DNA of 64,000 nucleotides from Candidatus Yanofskybacteria bacterium RIFCSPHIGHO2_01_FULL_43_32 (GTDB lineage Bacteria > Patescibacteriota > Minisyncoccia > 2-02-FULL-40-12 > GWA2-44-9). A program made the translations under genes and the position numbers. Below the pieces are notes generated by a model, which saw nothing but the letters and a program-made list of their open reading frames with translations, searched no databases and was not told where the DNA came from. The DNA is taken from contig MGJF01000002.1 of the NCBI GenBank assembly GCA_001794125.1, positions 172,514 to 236,513 on the forward strand, written 5' to 3'. Positions 7,927 through 17,188 of the stretch are shown piece after piece (position 1 is the stretch's first letter; every line of letters starts with the position of its first letter).

Positions 7927-10293
7927 TTGTCGATATTCATTCTGATAATTTATCTTGTGGTCGTGGCGATAATATTCATTGCCGGGTTAGTGTTGGTCGG
8001 TTCATTCAGAACAAAGGGCGGTATTGCCAGAGCGTTGAATATGTCCTTATTTTTAATCAGCGTTCCGCGGGAGGACCCTTCGGCAGGCTCAGGGCAAGCT
8101 CAAAGGACAGAGAAAGAGATAATATCGGTCATGGAACAGCTTTATTCCTCGTTTACCAATCTTCACGCTAAGGGCTGGAACAAATTTATTTACGGGGAAC
8201 CGTATATTTCTTTGGAAATGGGAGTTCACCATGTGGGCGAGGAAATAAATTTTTACATGGCGGTGCCCCGAAGCTATGAGCAGATTTTTGAGAAACAGGT
8301 GAACGGATTTTTTCCCGCGGCTCAAGTGGAGAGAATTAAAGACTACAATATTTTCAATTCCCAAGGAGTTTCTTTGGGGGCATATTTAAAATTAAAAAAT
8401 AATTCAATTCTGCCCTTTAAAACATACCAATCGCTTCAGTCCGACCCTCTTAGCGGACTGGCAACGGCTCTTTCCAAGCTTCAAAAAGAAGGCGAAGGAG
8501 CGGCAATCCAGATACTCATCAGACCTACGCATCAGGACGATTTAAGAAAATTAGCGCAGAAGACCGCCAAAGAAATGCAATCGGGGTTTAATTTCTCCAA
8601 AGCATTGTCTTTAGCAAAGAATCCGCCCAAGAAACTTAAAGCGGGCGAAGCGGAACCGGAACGGCCCAAGGCCATAACGCCTTTTGAAGAGGAGGTCGTC
8701 AAGGGAATTCAAAGCAAGGCATCCAAGCCGTTATTTGACGCTAATATCAGAATAATAGTTTCCGCTCCTGATGAAGGACGGGCGAGCCAGCTCCTCAACG
8801 ATTTGTCCGGCGCTTTTGTCCAATTTTCGTCCAATGATATGAATAGTTTGCAGCTCATGAAATTAAAAGGAAGCGCTCTTGAAAAATTCCTGTTTAATTT
8901 TTCTTTCCGGCTTTTTGACAATTATCAGACGGCTCTTTTATCCAGTGAAGAAGTAACCAGTTTGTTTCATTTTCCTTTAGGCACTACTTTGGCGCCGAGA
9001 ATTAAGTTTTTGAAATCAAAACCGTCGGAACCCCCGCCGAACCTGCCCCAGGAGGGAATAATATTGGGCAGAAATATTTTCAGAGGCATCGAAAGCCCGA
9101 TAAGGATGACCGAAAGCGACCGGAGGAGGCATTTTTATCTGTTGGGACAGACCGGAACCGGCAAATCAACCTTGATGGAGAACATGATCTATCAGGATAT
9201 TTTGAACGGCGATGGAGTTGCTTTTATTGACCCTCACGGCACCGCGATAGAGAGGATTTTGGGACTAATACCGCCGGAAAGAATAAACGATGTTATAATT
9301 TTTGACCCGGCCGATGTGGCAAGACCCTTGGGTTTAAACATGCTGGAATTTGATCCCAATTTCCCCGAACAAAAAACCTTCATCGTGAACGAAATACTCG
9401 GGATTTTCCAAAAATTATTTTTGGCTGAAACAATGGGTCCGATGTTCGACCAGTATTTCAGGAACGCGATGCTTCTTTTGATGGATGATTACGCCAACGA
9501 AATTCCGACATTGGTGAATATTCCCCGTGTTTTAACAGACGATGTTTATAGGCGGGATAAATTATCAAGAGAAACGAATCCAATTGTTAAAAATTTCTGG
9601 GAATTGGAGGCCGAGAAAGCCGGAGGCGAAGCCGCTTTAGCCAACATGGCTCCTTATATCACCTCCAAAATAAACGGCTTTATCGCAAATGAATTTTTGA
9701 GGCCCATTCTGTCTCAGCAAAAAAGCGCTTTTAATTTCCGCGAACTGATGGACTCAAGGAAAATTCTGCTTGTAAATCTTTCAAAAGGAAGAATAGGCGA
9801 TATCAACGCCGGTTTACTGGGCATGATTATTGTCGGTAAGATATTGATTGCCGCTTTGTCGCGTGTTAACGCGCCTGAAAACCAGCGGCCCGATTTTTAT
9901 CTGTATATTGACGAGTTTCAGAATTTTACGACTGACAGTATTTCCACGATTTTAGCCGAGGCCCGTAAATACCGGCTGAACCTTACTATTGCCAATCAAT
10001 TCATCAAACAGCTGGTTGATAAGATTCGCGATGCCGTATTCGGAAATGTCGGTTCAATGGCCGTATTCAGAGTAGGCACCGATGACGCTGAATTTTTGAA
10101 AAATCAATTTGAACCGGTTTTCAGTCCCCAAGACCTTTTGAATATTGATAACTTCAACTGCTATGTTAAATTATTGATTAATAATCAGACAGCGCGGCCG
10201 TTTAACGTTAAAATAGACCCGCCGCCTGCGGCGAATCCGGAATTAGCGTCGCAACTGAAAGAAATGTCGCGGCAGAAATATGCGATTCACTAA
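7927..10293 (+). CDS. VirD4/TraD/TrwB-like type IV coupling protein family ATPase with an N-terminal TM anchor
   Basis: N-terminal TM helix. The C-terminal half has a Walker A (FYLLGQTGTGKSTLMEN) followed by AFIDPHG, matching the TrwB GATGTGKS...IVDPNGD pattern, then a Walker B-like YLYIDEFQNF. The ~380-aa N-terminal domain is of unknown type. Confidence 0.55.
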   Translation: MSIFILIIYLVVVAIIFIAGLVLVGSFRTKGGIARALNMSLFLISVPREDPSAGSGQAQRTEKEIISVMEQLYSSFTNLHAKGWNKFIYGEPYISLEMGVHHVGEEINFYMAVPRSYEQIFEKQVNGFFPAAQVERIKDYNIFNSQGVSLGAYLKLKNNSILPFKTYQSLQSDPLSGLATALSKLQKEGEGAAIQILIRPTHQDDLRKLAQKTAKEMQSGFNFSKALSLAKNPPKKLKAGEAEPERPKAITPFEEEVVKGIQSKASKPLFDANIRIIVSAPDEGRASQLLNDLSGAFVQFSSNDMNSLQLMKLKGSALEKFLFNFSFRLFDNYQTALLSSEEVTSLFHFPLGTTLAPRIKFLKSKPSEPPPNLPQEGIILGRNIFRGIESPIRMTESDRRRHFYLLGQTGTGKSTLMENMIYQDILNGDGVAFIDPHGTAIERILGLIPPERINDVIIFDPADVARPLGLNMLEFDPNFPEQKTFIVNEILGIFQKLFLAETMGPMFDQYFRNAMLLLMDDYANEIPTLVNIPRVLTDDVYRRDKLSRETNPIVKNFWELEAEKAGGEAALANMAPYITSKINGFIANEFLRPILSQQKSAFNFRELMDSRKILLVNLSKGRIGDINAGLLGMIIVGKILIAALSRVNAPENQRPDFYLYIDEFQNFTTDSISTILAEARKYRLNLTIANQFIKQLVDKIRDAVFGNVGSMAVFRVGTDDAEFLKNQFEPVFSPQDLLNIDNFNCYVKLLINNQTARPFNVKIDPPPAANPELASQLKEMSRQKYAIH

Positions 10294-10903
10294 AAAAGAT
10301 TTTTATTTCAGTGTTATTACCGGTTGTATTACCGGTTTTTCGGCTTGGAGAATTTTTGAATATTTAGCAATAAGCGAATTCGGGGGGCACTCTTTTGTCT
10401 GGTTTTTGCTGATTGTGCCGGTCTTATGGATATTAGGCGTTAATTTCGGATATTTTCTCGGCGGATGGTTCGGATTTTTTAATCAATTCGGCAAATTCGC
10501 CGCCATAGGATTTACCAACGCGGCGGTGGATTTCGGTGTTCTGAACCTCTTGATTGCCAATACGGGAATATCGTCCGGAGGGTGGTATCCTGTTTTCAAG
10601 GGAATATCTTTTATGTCTGCCATTATCCCGAGTTATTTTTGGAATAAATACTGGGCGTTTGAGGGCAGTCCTTCGACTGGCTCAGAATCTTCGAGCGGAG
10701 GATTTGAATTTGCCAAATTCATGAGCGTTGCCGTTGTGGCTATATTCATAAATATAGGTACCGCGTCCTTGATTGTGAACTATGTTAATCCGTTAGGAGG
10801 ATTAAGTCCTGCGGTCTGGGCAAATGCCGGAGCCGTCGTCGGTTCGGCAGTTGCTCTGATATTTAGTTTTGTCGGGTTTAAATTAGCCGTCTTCAAAAAA
10901 TAA
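10280..10903 (+). CDS. GtrA family membrane protein
   Basis: Four TM helices and the motif KFAAIGFTNAAVDFGVLNLL...YFWNKYWAF typical of GtrA-like flippase-associated proteins. Confidence 0.6.
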   Translation: MRFTKKDFYFSVITGCITGFSAWRIFEYLAISEFGGHSFVWFLLIVPVLWILGVNFGYFLGGWFGFFNQFGKFAAIGFTNAAVDFGVLNLLIANTGISSGGWYPVFKGISFMSAIIPSYFWNKYWAFEGSPSTGSESSSGGFEFAKFMSVAVVAIFINIGTASLIVNYVNPLGGLSPAVWANAGAVVGSAVALIFSFVGFKLAVFKK

Positions 10904-10975
10904 CCTCTTCCAGGAAACTTGACATAAATTACTAAGGGTGATATCTTGTTTTTAGTTCTGAATAAAGGAGGCGCC

Positions 10976-11203
10976 ATGATACTACACAAGAGGTTTCGCG
11001 GGTTGCATGTCTTTATTCTCGCGATATGTGTTCTTTTTGCAGTATCTCTCTGGAAGACATGCTTCAACGGTTCCGATCTGTCCGGATGGTGGATGGCTGG
11101 GTTGTGGTATAGCATGTTTCAAGGGGCTGTTGCCATTGCTCACTTGGTAGACCTGGCGGAAGGTAACCTATGCGTGTGGTTGGGTCCAGAGAATACCCTT
11201 TAG
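10976..11203 (+). CDS. hypothetical small membrane protein
   Basis: An AGGAGG RBS sits 6 nt before the ATG at 10976, chosen over the 10946 start. Two predicted TM helices. A terminator hairpin cgcacttcgtcttgtgcg plus a T-run follows at ~11228-11262. Confidence 0.35.
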   Translation: MILHKRFRGLHVFILAICVLFAVSLWKTCFNGSDLSGWWMAGLWYSMFQGAVAIAHLVDLAEGNLCVWLGPENTL

Positions 11204-11284
11204 TTTTACCTCGCATATGATAATCCTCGCACTTCGTCTTGTGCGGGGCTTTTTTATTTTTATAAATTGGGATAAGATAGCGGT

Positions 11285-12337
11285 ATGTTGTATCGGAAAT
11301 ACAGGCCGCAGACATTTGCCCAAGTCGTCGGGCAGGAGCATGTAGTCAAAACACTGAAGGGAGCGTTATCAACTGGCCGGATAGGCCACGCTTATTTATT
11401 TACCGGACCGAGGGGGACGGGCAAAACAACTTTGGCAAGGATTTTTGCCAAGGCATTGAACTGCGCCAAGCGCGATAAAGACGGCGACCCTGATAATTCC
11501 TGTCCAAGCTGTCTCACGACCAACGAAGGCCGTTCTTTGGACTTGATAGAAATAGATGCCGCCTCAAATAGAGGCATAGACGAGATAAGAAATCTTAAAG
11601 AATCGGCTCTTGTAGCGGCTCCGTCGGGGGGGTACAAGGTTTTTGTCATTGACGAGGTTCACATGCTTACCAAAGATGCTTTTAACGCTTTACTGAAAAT
11701 TCTTGAAGAACCGCCAAGCCATGTTGTCTTTGTTCTTGCCACCACCGAACCGCACAAAATTCTGCCGACAGTTCTTTCTCGTGTCCAACGATTTGATTTC
11801 AGACGCCTGACACCGAGCCAGATTTTCACAAAACTTAAAGAAGTAGCCATGGCCGAAAAAATCAATATAGAAGACGAGGGCCTGAAAGCGATTGCCGTTT
11901 CTTCCGACGGCGCGCTACGAGATGCGGAAGTTTCTCTTTCAAAACTTCGTTCATATCAGGGCAAAATAACCGTTGACGATGTAACCAGCGCTCTCGGATT
12001 GGTTCCTTTCAGATATCATTCCGAATTTATGGGTTATCTCGTTGCCGATGACAAAGTTTCAGCTCTCAACTTTATTCAAAGAATTCACGAGTCGGGAGTT
12101 GACTTAGAACATTTCACAAAAGATTTTATTGAATACGTCAGGAGGGTTTTGATGTTTAAAATAAACCCGGCAGTTTTAACGGCAATCGGGGAAGAGTCTG
12201 TTCAAAACTGGCAGATTGACGGATCTAAACTTGTAAAAATAATGAATCTTTTTATTTCGGCCCGGAACGAAATTAAAACTTCGCCGGTGGTTCAACTGCC
12301 GCTGGAATTAGCGGTATTGGAATTATTGCAACCTTAA
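11285..12337 (+). CDS. dnaX: DNA polymerase III subunit gamma/tau (short form)
   Basis: YRKYRPQTFAQVVGQEHVVKTLKGAL...GHAYLFTGPRGTGKTTLARIFAKALNC, a Zn-finger CPSC, and VFVIDEVHML. Confidence 0.9.
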   Translation: MLYRKYRPQTFAQVVGQEHVVKTLKGALSTGRIGHAYLFTGPRGTGKTTLARIFAKALNCAKRDKDGDPDNSCPSCLTTNEGRSLDLIEIDAASNRGIDEIRNLKESALVAAPSGGYKVFVIDEVHMLTKDAFNALLKILEEPPSHVVFVLATTEPHKILPTVLSRVQRFDFRRLTPSQIFTKLKEVAMAEKINIEDEGLKAIAVSSDGALRDAEVSLSKLRSYQGKITVDDVTSALGLVPFRYHSEFMGYLVADDKVSALNFIQRIHESGVDLEHFTKDFIEYVRRVLMFKINPAVLTAIGEESVQNWQIDGSKLVKIMNLFISARNEIKTSPVVQLPLELAVLELLQP

Positions 12338-13032
12338 TGATTTCGGATAAAAACGCTCAACCGAATATATCTTGCGTCATTCCTGTTTACAACGAAGGCC
12401 GGAGGGCGCTTGATGTGATAAATGCCGTTTTGGGGCACGATAATGTTGATGAGGTTATTGTTGTTAATGACGGATCTACCGATAATTCCGAATTCGCGCT
12501 CAAAGAAATAAAAGGAATTGAATTAATCTCCTATCCTCAAAACAAAGGGAAAAGCCATGCGGTTATGCTGGGCTTTAAAAAGGCCAAAAACAACATGGTT
12601 CTCATGCTTGATGCCGATTTGACCGGATTGGACAAAGAAAGCATAACCGCTCTTATTAAACCGGTGCTGGAAAACAAAGCGGATATAAGCATCAGCTTGC
12701 GCCGCAATAGTCTGCTTTTCTACAGATTATTGGGTCTGGATTTTGTTTCGGGCGAGCGAATTTTTAAAAAAGATATCATAGAAGACCTCGATGAGCTTGA
12801 TAAGCTGAGCGGATTTGAACTGGAGAGTTTTTTAAATAAAATAATAATCCGCAAAAAGATGCGAATCAGGGTTGTTAAATGGAACAAGGTGGGAATAACC
12901 AGAAAATCTGATAAGGTTGGTTTTTGGCGCGGAGTTGCCGGAGATTTTAAAATGGCTATGGAGATAATTTGCTTCCTGAAGATAATAGGCCCGGTCAAGC
13001 AGATTGCGTCGATGATTTCTCTGAAAGTTTAA
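12337..13032 (+). CDS. glycosyltransferase family 2 (dolichyl-phosphate sugar synthase-like)
   Basis: CVIPVYNEGRRALDVINAV...VIVVNDGSTDNS, the GT2 DxD region. Its start overlaps the dnaX stop. Confidence 0.8.
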   Translation: MISDKNAQPNISCVIPVYNEGRRALDVINAVLGHDNVDEVIVVNDGSTDNSEFALKEIKGIELISYPQNKGKSHAVMLGFKKAKNNMVLMLDADLTGLDKESITALIKPVLENKADISISLRRNSLLFYRLLGLDFVSGERIFKKDIIEDLDELDKLSGFELESFLNKIIIRKKMRIRVVKWNKVGITRKSDKVGFWRGVAGDFKMAMEIICFLKIIGPVKQIASMISLKV

Positions 13033-14045
13033 GACGTGCGGATCGGCGTCAAATTCGCCAATAAATTCTCGGACCAACTGTCAGATGAATATTTGAGAGC
13101 TTTTTCTCTGCAATTTTCCGGATTTAACCCCAAACATTTAACGGCGTTGTTTTGCAGATCATCTCCCACACAGCCGTCTGTTCCCTGTGTGATAATATCC
13201 CGCGGCCCCGGTTCATCAAAAGCGGCTATCGGCAAACCACAGGCCAAAGCCTCAAGCATAGCAATACAGAAAGTTTCGGTTCTGGACGGGAGCACAAAAA
13301 CATCGCAAACCGAAAGCAAATCTACGAGTTCTTGGCCCTTTTTATATCCGACAAATTTTGCTCGGCCGGCAAAATTCCGCTCGAGCGATTGCCTGTTCGG
13401 ACCGTCTCCGATAACAAGTTTGCGGCCCGGAAGGTCGCATCTTAAAAAGGCTTCCAGATTCTTCTCGGACGCGAGTCTTCCCAAATAAACAAAAATAGGT
13501 TTTTTTAAACCGGCGGGGATTGCGGCATTTGGATTTCTTTTGAATAAATTCGTGTCTACGCCCAAGGGCAAGACCGTCAGATGTTTGAAGCCGTTCTCTT
13601 TTAAGGTTTTTTCCAAAGAAACTGTGGTTACAAAAGTTCTTTGGCTGGCGTTATGAAACCACCTTAAATATTTGTAGGCCAAATCTTTAAATGTTCCTGT
13701 TCTGATCTGAATATATTCCGGCCACTGGGTATAGTAATACGAAGTGAATTTCCAATTATTCTTGACGCAGATCATCCTTGCCGCAAGTCCCAACGGCCCT
13801 TCCGTGGCGATATGGATATAATCGGGCCTTTCTTTTTGAAGAATGTCTTCCATCTGCTTTCGCGTTAAAAGAGAAAGTTTGATTTCCGAATAGGTCGGCA
13901 GGGGCACTGTTTTAAATTCGCCGGGGTGTATCACTTTTACGTCAAACCTTTTTGACATAAGATATTTTTGGACCTGCAAAAGACTTGTGACTACGCCGTT
14001 AACGCTGTCGCTCCAGGTATCGGTTACGATTACTATTTTAGGCAT
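13029..14045 (-). CDS. glycosyltransferase family 4 (GT-B, RfaG-like)
   Basis: C-terminal EX7E-type region VFVLPSRTETFCIAMLEALACGLPIAAFD. Confidence 0.8.
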   Translation of the reverse strand: MPKIVIVTDTWSDSVNGVVTSLLQVQKYLMSKRFDVKVIHPGEFKTVPLPTYSEIKLSLLTRKQMEDILQKERPDYIHIATEGPLGLAARMICVKNNWKFTSYYYTQWPEYIQIRTGTFKDLAYKYLRWFHNASQRTFVTTVSLEKTLKENGFKHLTVLPLGVDTNLFKRNPNAAIPAGLKKPIFVYLGRLASEKNLEAFLRCDLPGRKLVIGDGPNRQSLERNFAGRAKFVGYKKGQELVDLLSVCDVFVLPSRTETFCIAMLEALACGLPIAAFDEPGPRDIITQGTDGCVGDDLQNNAVKCLGLNPENCREKALKYSSDSWSENLLANLTPIRTS

Positions 14046-14061
14046 TTTATGTTTGACCGGT

Positions 14062-14751
14062 TTAAATTTTTTCTATTTTGTCGGCGATGCGGCAAGATAT
14101 TTTCTTGTAAACGCGGAAAGCGACAACAGCCAAAATAATAATGAAAATTACGGCAAAACCATAATTGCCGTAGTAAGCGATTAAATCGTACAAATTGCCG
14201 AAATAGTAGCCCATTGCGATGAAAAAAATAGATTTGGGCAGGGTGATGGACAAAGATGTCGCGATGAATTTTCTTAACGGCATTTTGGTGGAGCCGACAA
14301 GCATTAATCCGGGAGCGGGGGTTATCGGATTTAACTTTAAAGCGAGGAGAGTTTTAACGGGGTGGTTGTTAAGAAGCTTATCAATTTTTTCAAGACGTTC
14401 TTTTGATAATCCGAATTTGTGGCCGAAACGTTCCACTAATTTCATTCTGCCCCAGTAGCCCATGGCATAATAAATAGTGTCTCCTATTGCGTCTCCGAGG
14501 AGAGAAAGAATAAAAATATAAAACAGATTAAAGTAGCCCGATACGGCCGCAAATGCCGCCGCCGAGGCGATAATCGGCCCCTCGATCACCATCGCTATTA
14601 AAATAATCCAATAGCCGTGGTCCGATGTCCATTGAACTGCGCCGGAAAAATTGCTTGAGTTAAATAAAATATCCATTTGCTGCGGGGCTTGGATTCGGAC
14701 CAAGATAAACGGCTTCAAAGGCCGCTGTCCTACCATTAGACGACCCCGCAA
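14062..14751 (-). CDS. DedA/VTT-domain (SNARE-associated) membrane protein
   Basis: GYWIILIAMVIEGPIIASAAAFAA...LLGDAIGDTIYYAMGYWGR matches the DedA family signature. Confidence 0.75.
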   Translation of the reverse strand: MRGRLMVGQRPLKPFILVRIQAPQQMDILFNSSNFSGAVQWTSDHGYWIILIAMVIEGPIIASAAAFAAVSGYFNLFYIFILSLLGDAIGDTIYYAMGYWGRMKLVERFGHKFGLSKERLEKIDKLLNNHPVKTLLALKLNPITPAPGLMLVGSTKMPLRKFIATSLSITLPKSIFFIAMGYYFGNLYDLIAYYGNYGFAVIFIIILAVVAFRVYKKISCRIADKIEKI

Positions 14752-14871
14752 AACTAATCAAGCGCTGAGCTATTTTAACACGAAATTTGCCCCTTTCCAA
14801 ATAAACCGAGGCTTCCGGTCCCTTATCCACAGCTTAGATTTTTACCGCCTTTTTTGTGTTAAAATTAAAAT

Positions 14872-15312
14872 ATGAACAATCAATTAAAAATGGCGGTGTT
14901 TTTATCAAGAGTCGCACTTGGCGTATTATTTTTTTACGCCGGAATAACAAAAGTCCTGAATCCCAACTGGTCGGCTGCGGGATATTTGAATAGCGCTAAA
15001 ACATTCCCCGGCCTTTTCCAATGGTTCGCAAGTGCGGGCAATCTTGGCTGGATCAATTTTGTTAATGAATGGGGGCTAACTCTTATCGGCTTGGCTCTTC
15101 TTGCCGGCTTGTTGGTAAGGTGGGCATCGCTCGGAGGCATACTTTTGATGATTTTATACTACCTGCCCATATTGCAATTTCCATACGCGGGCGAGCATTC
15201 GTTTCTGGTGGATGAACACATAATTTACATGACCGCTCTTTTTGTTCTTTTTGCTTCAAATGCGGGTACTTTCTGGGGATTGGATTCTTTCCTCCCAAAG
15301 CGCGGTAAATAG
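14872..15312 (+). CDS. DoxX family membrane protein
   Basis: MAVFLSRVALGVLFFYAGITKVLNP... with four TM helices. Confidence 0.65.
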   Translation: MNNQLKMAVFLSRVALGVLFFYAGITKVLNPNWSAAGYLNSAKTFPGLFQWFASAGNLGWINFVNEWGLTLIGLALLAGLLVRWASLGGILLMILYYLPILQFPYAGEHSFLVDEHIIYMTALFVLFASNAGTFWGLDSFLPKRGK

Positions 15313-15321
15313 TATCAAACA

Positions 15322-15819
15322 ATGATATTAAGACCATCTTCTGCTGTAAGGAATTTCGTTTTCGGGGTTGAGGATGGTTTGGTTTCAACGGTCGGGTTGT
15401 TGTCCGGAATAGCGATCACGGGAATTTCCAGAAACTATGTAATAATGACCGGAGCTATTTTGATATTCGTTGAAGCGTTCTCAATGGCGGTCGGAAGCGT
15501 TTTGTCGGAATATTCAGTAGAGGAATATGAAAAGCGTAAAGAAACATCAATCAAAGGCTCAACTAAAAGCGGGCTGATAATGTTTTTCTCATATTTTATA
15601 TCAGGACTTATTCCGCTTTCTCCCTATGTTTTTTTGCAGAATAATAACGCTCTTACAATATCAATAGTGTTCTCAATAACAGCTCTCGGGTTTCTCGGGA
15701 TATTCAGCGGAAAAATATCGGGAACGAGTGTTTTTAGCAATATGTTGAAAATGGTAGTTCTGGGAGGCGTTGCGATAATCGTCGGTGTTGTTGTCGGCAA
15801 TGTCCTGAATGTGCCATAA
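15322..15819 (+). CDS. VIT1/CCC1 family membrane protein (Fe/Mn transporter-like)
   Basis: FGVEDGLVSTVGLLSGIAITG near the N-terminus, plus C-terminal TM helices. Confidence 0.55.
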   Translation: MILRPSSAVRNFVFGVEDGLVSTVGLLSGIAITGISRNYVIMTGAILIFVEAFSMAVGSVLSEYSVEEYEKRKETSIKGSTKSGLIMFFSYFISGLIPLSPYVFLQNNNALTISIVFSITALGFLGIFSGKISGTSVFSNMLKMVVLGGVAIIVGVVVGNVLNVP

Positions 15820-16609
15820 TAAGATAATTAACCTATTTCACATGTTTGAACTTAAAGACAAAGTCGTGTTGATTACCGGCGCGCGCCAAGGGATGGGCAA
15901 GGCCCATGCTTTGATTTTGGCGGGGCAGGGAGCGAAGGTCGTAGTGACCAACAGAACAATCGAAGGGTGTCAGACTGTTGTTGACGAGATAATTTCAAAA
16001 GGTGGCGAGGCGGTATGTTTTGGAATGGATGTCACCGATAAAGCCGAGATTGACCGGGTTTTTGATGAAATTATAAAAAAATACGGCCGGTTGGACATTC
16101 TTGTCAATAACGCCGGAATATTTGTGCCTAAACCGGCATTGGAAATTACAGAAGAAGAATGGAACAAAATGATAGACATAAACCTCAAGGGCCAATTTCT
16201 CTGCACGCAAAGAGCCGCCAAAGAGATGGCAAAAAATAAGTGGGGGCGAATCATTAACATATCTTCCATTGCTTCAGGTGGTGCCGGGATTGGTTTTTCG
16301 GGCGCGGCTCATTATTCTGCCTCAAAAGGAGGTATAATCGGCATGACGGAGACATTAGCCGCCGAATGGGCGGAGTTGGGTATCAATGTTAATGTTATTG
16401 CCCCCGGAGCCATCGATACTCCTATGGTCCGCGAGCCGGGCAAGGAACTTGGCAAGGAAATCAACGAAGAAATTATGCTCCGGGTTCCGCTCAAAAGAAT
16501 CGGCAGACCCGAAGAGGTCTCGGCGATGGTAGTGTTTTTAGCTTCTGAAGAGGCGAGTTACGTCACCGGCGCGACTTTCTATGTAGACGGCGGCTGGTTA
16601 GCCAGTTAG
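15809..16609 (+). CDS. SDR family oxidoreductase (FabG-like)
   Basis: VVLITGARQGMGKAHA (TGxxxGxG), NNAG, and the YSASKGG catalytic YxxxK. Confidence 0.85.
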   Translation: MCHNKIINLFHMFELKDKVVLITGARQGMGKAHALILAGQGAKVVVTNRTIEGCQTVVDEIISKGGEAVCFGMDVTDKAEIDRVFDEIIKKYGRLDILVNNAGIFVPKPALEITEEEWNKMIDINLKGQFLCTQRAAKEMAKNKWGRIINISSIASGGAGIGFSGAAHYSASKGGIIGMTETLAAEWAELGINVNVIAPGAIDTPMVREPGKELGKEINEEIMLRVPLKRIGRPEEVSAMVVFLASEEASYVTGATFYVDGGWLAS

Positions 16610-16615
16610 AAAACC

Positions 16616-17008
16616 ATGGGATACGTAACAAACATTGAAAAAGATTCGTTAGAAAATAAAAACTTTAGGAAGGTTTTGTATACCGCTAAAAACAGCCAAT
16701 TGGTGGTAATGTCCCTGCTTCCAAAGGAAGAGATAGGCGAAGAGGTTCATGAGCTGGATCAATTTATAAGAGTGGAAAAAGGGCAAGGCAAAACTATTTT
16801 GAATGATGTTGAGCATGAATTAGCTGACGGTTTTGCCGTTGTGGTCCCCGCCGGAACCAAACACAATGTCGTCAATACTTCTGAAACTGAAGAAATGAAA
16901 CTCTACACTATTTATTCTCCGCCTAACCACAAGGACGGCATTATCCATGCCACTAAAGCAGAGGCAGAAACCAACGAAGAACACTTCGACGGCAAAACAA
17001 CAGAGTAA
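16616..17008 (+). CDS. cupin domain protein
   Basis: HELDQFIRVEKGQGKTILNDVEHELADGFAVVVPAGTKHNVVN matches cupin motifs 1 and 2. Confidence 0.65.
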   Translation: MGYVTNIEKDSLENKNFRKVLYTAKNSQLVVMSLLPKEEIGEEVHELDQFIRVEKGQGKTILNDVEHELADGFAVVVPAGTKHNVVNTSETEEMKLYTIYSPPNHKDGIIHATKAEAETNEEHFDGKTTE

Positions 17009-17040
17009 TTAGGTGAACTCTCATTGCAAGCCGACTAACA

Positions 17041-17069
17041 TTGACAAAAAAGCTGTTTTGATATATACT
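17041..17069 (+). promoter_or_regulatory. sigma70-type promoter (TTGACA, 17-nt spacer, TATACT)
   Basis: A consensus -35 and near-consensus -10. It implies a ~150-nt structured 5' UTR ahead of the helicase gene. Confidence 0.4.
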
Positions 17070-17188
17070 GTATACATAACTAAATCTCTTCGGGTTTTAT
17101 TAGGGGATTGTCCCTAACGGCAAAGTTCTCAACCCCGCCCTTGAGGTCAAGAGCGGGGCAAGCTTTTTCTAAAAACTCATGAGACGAT

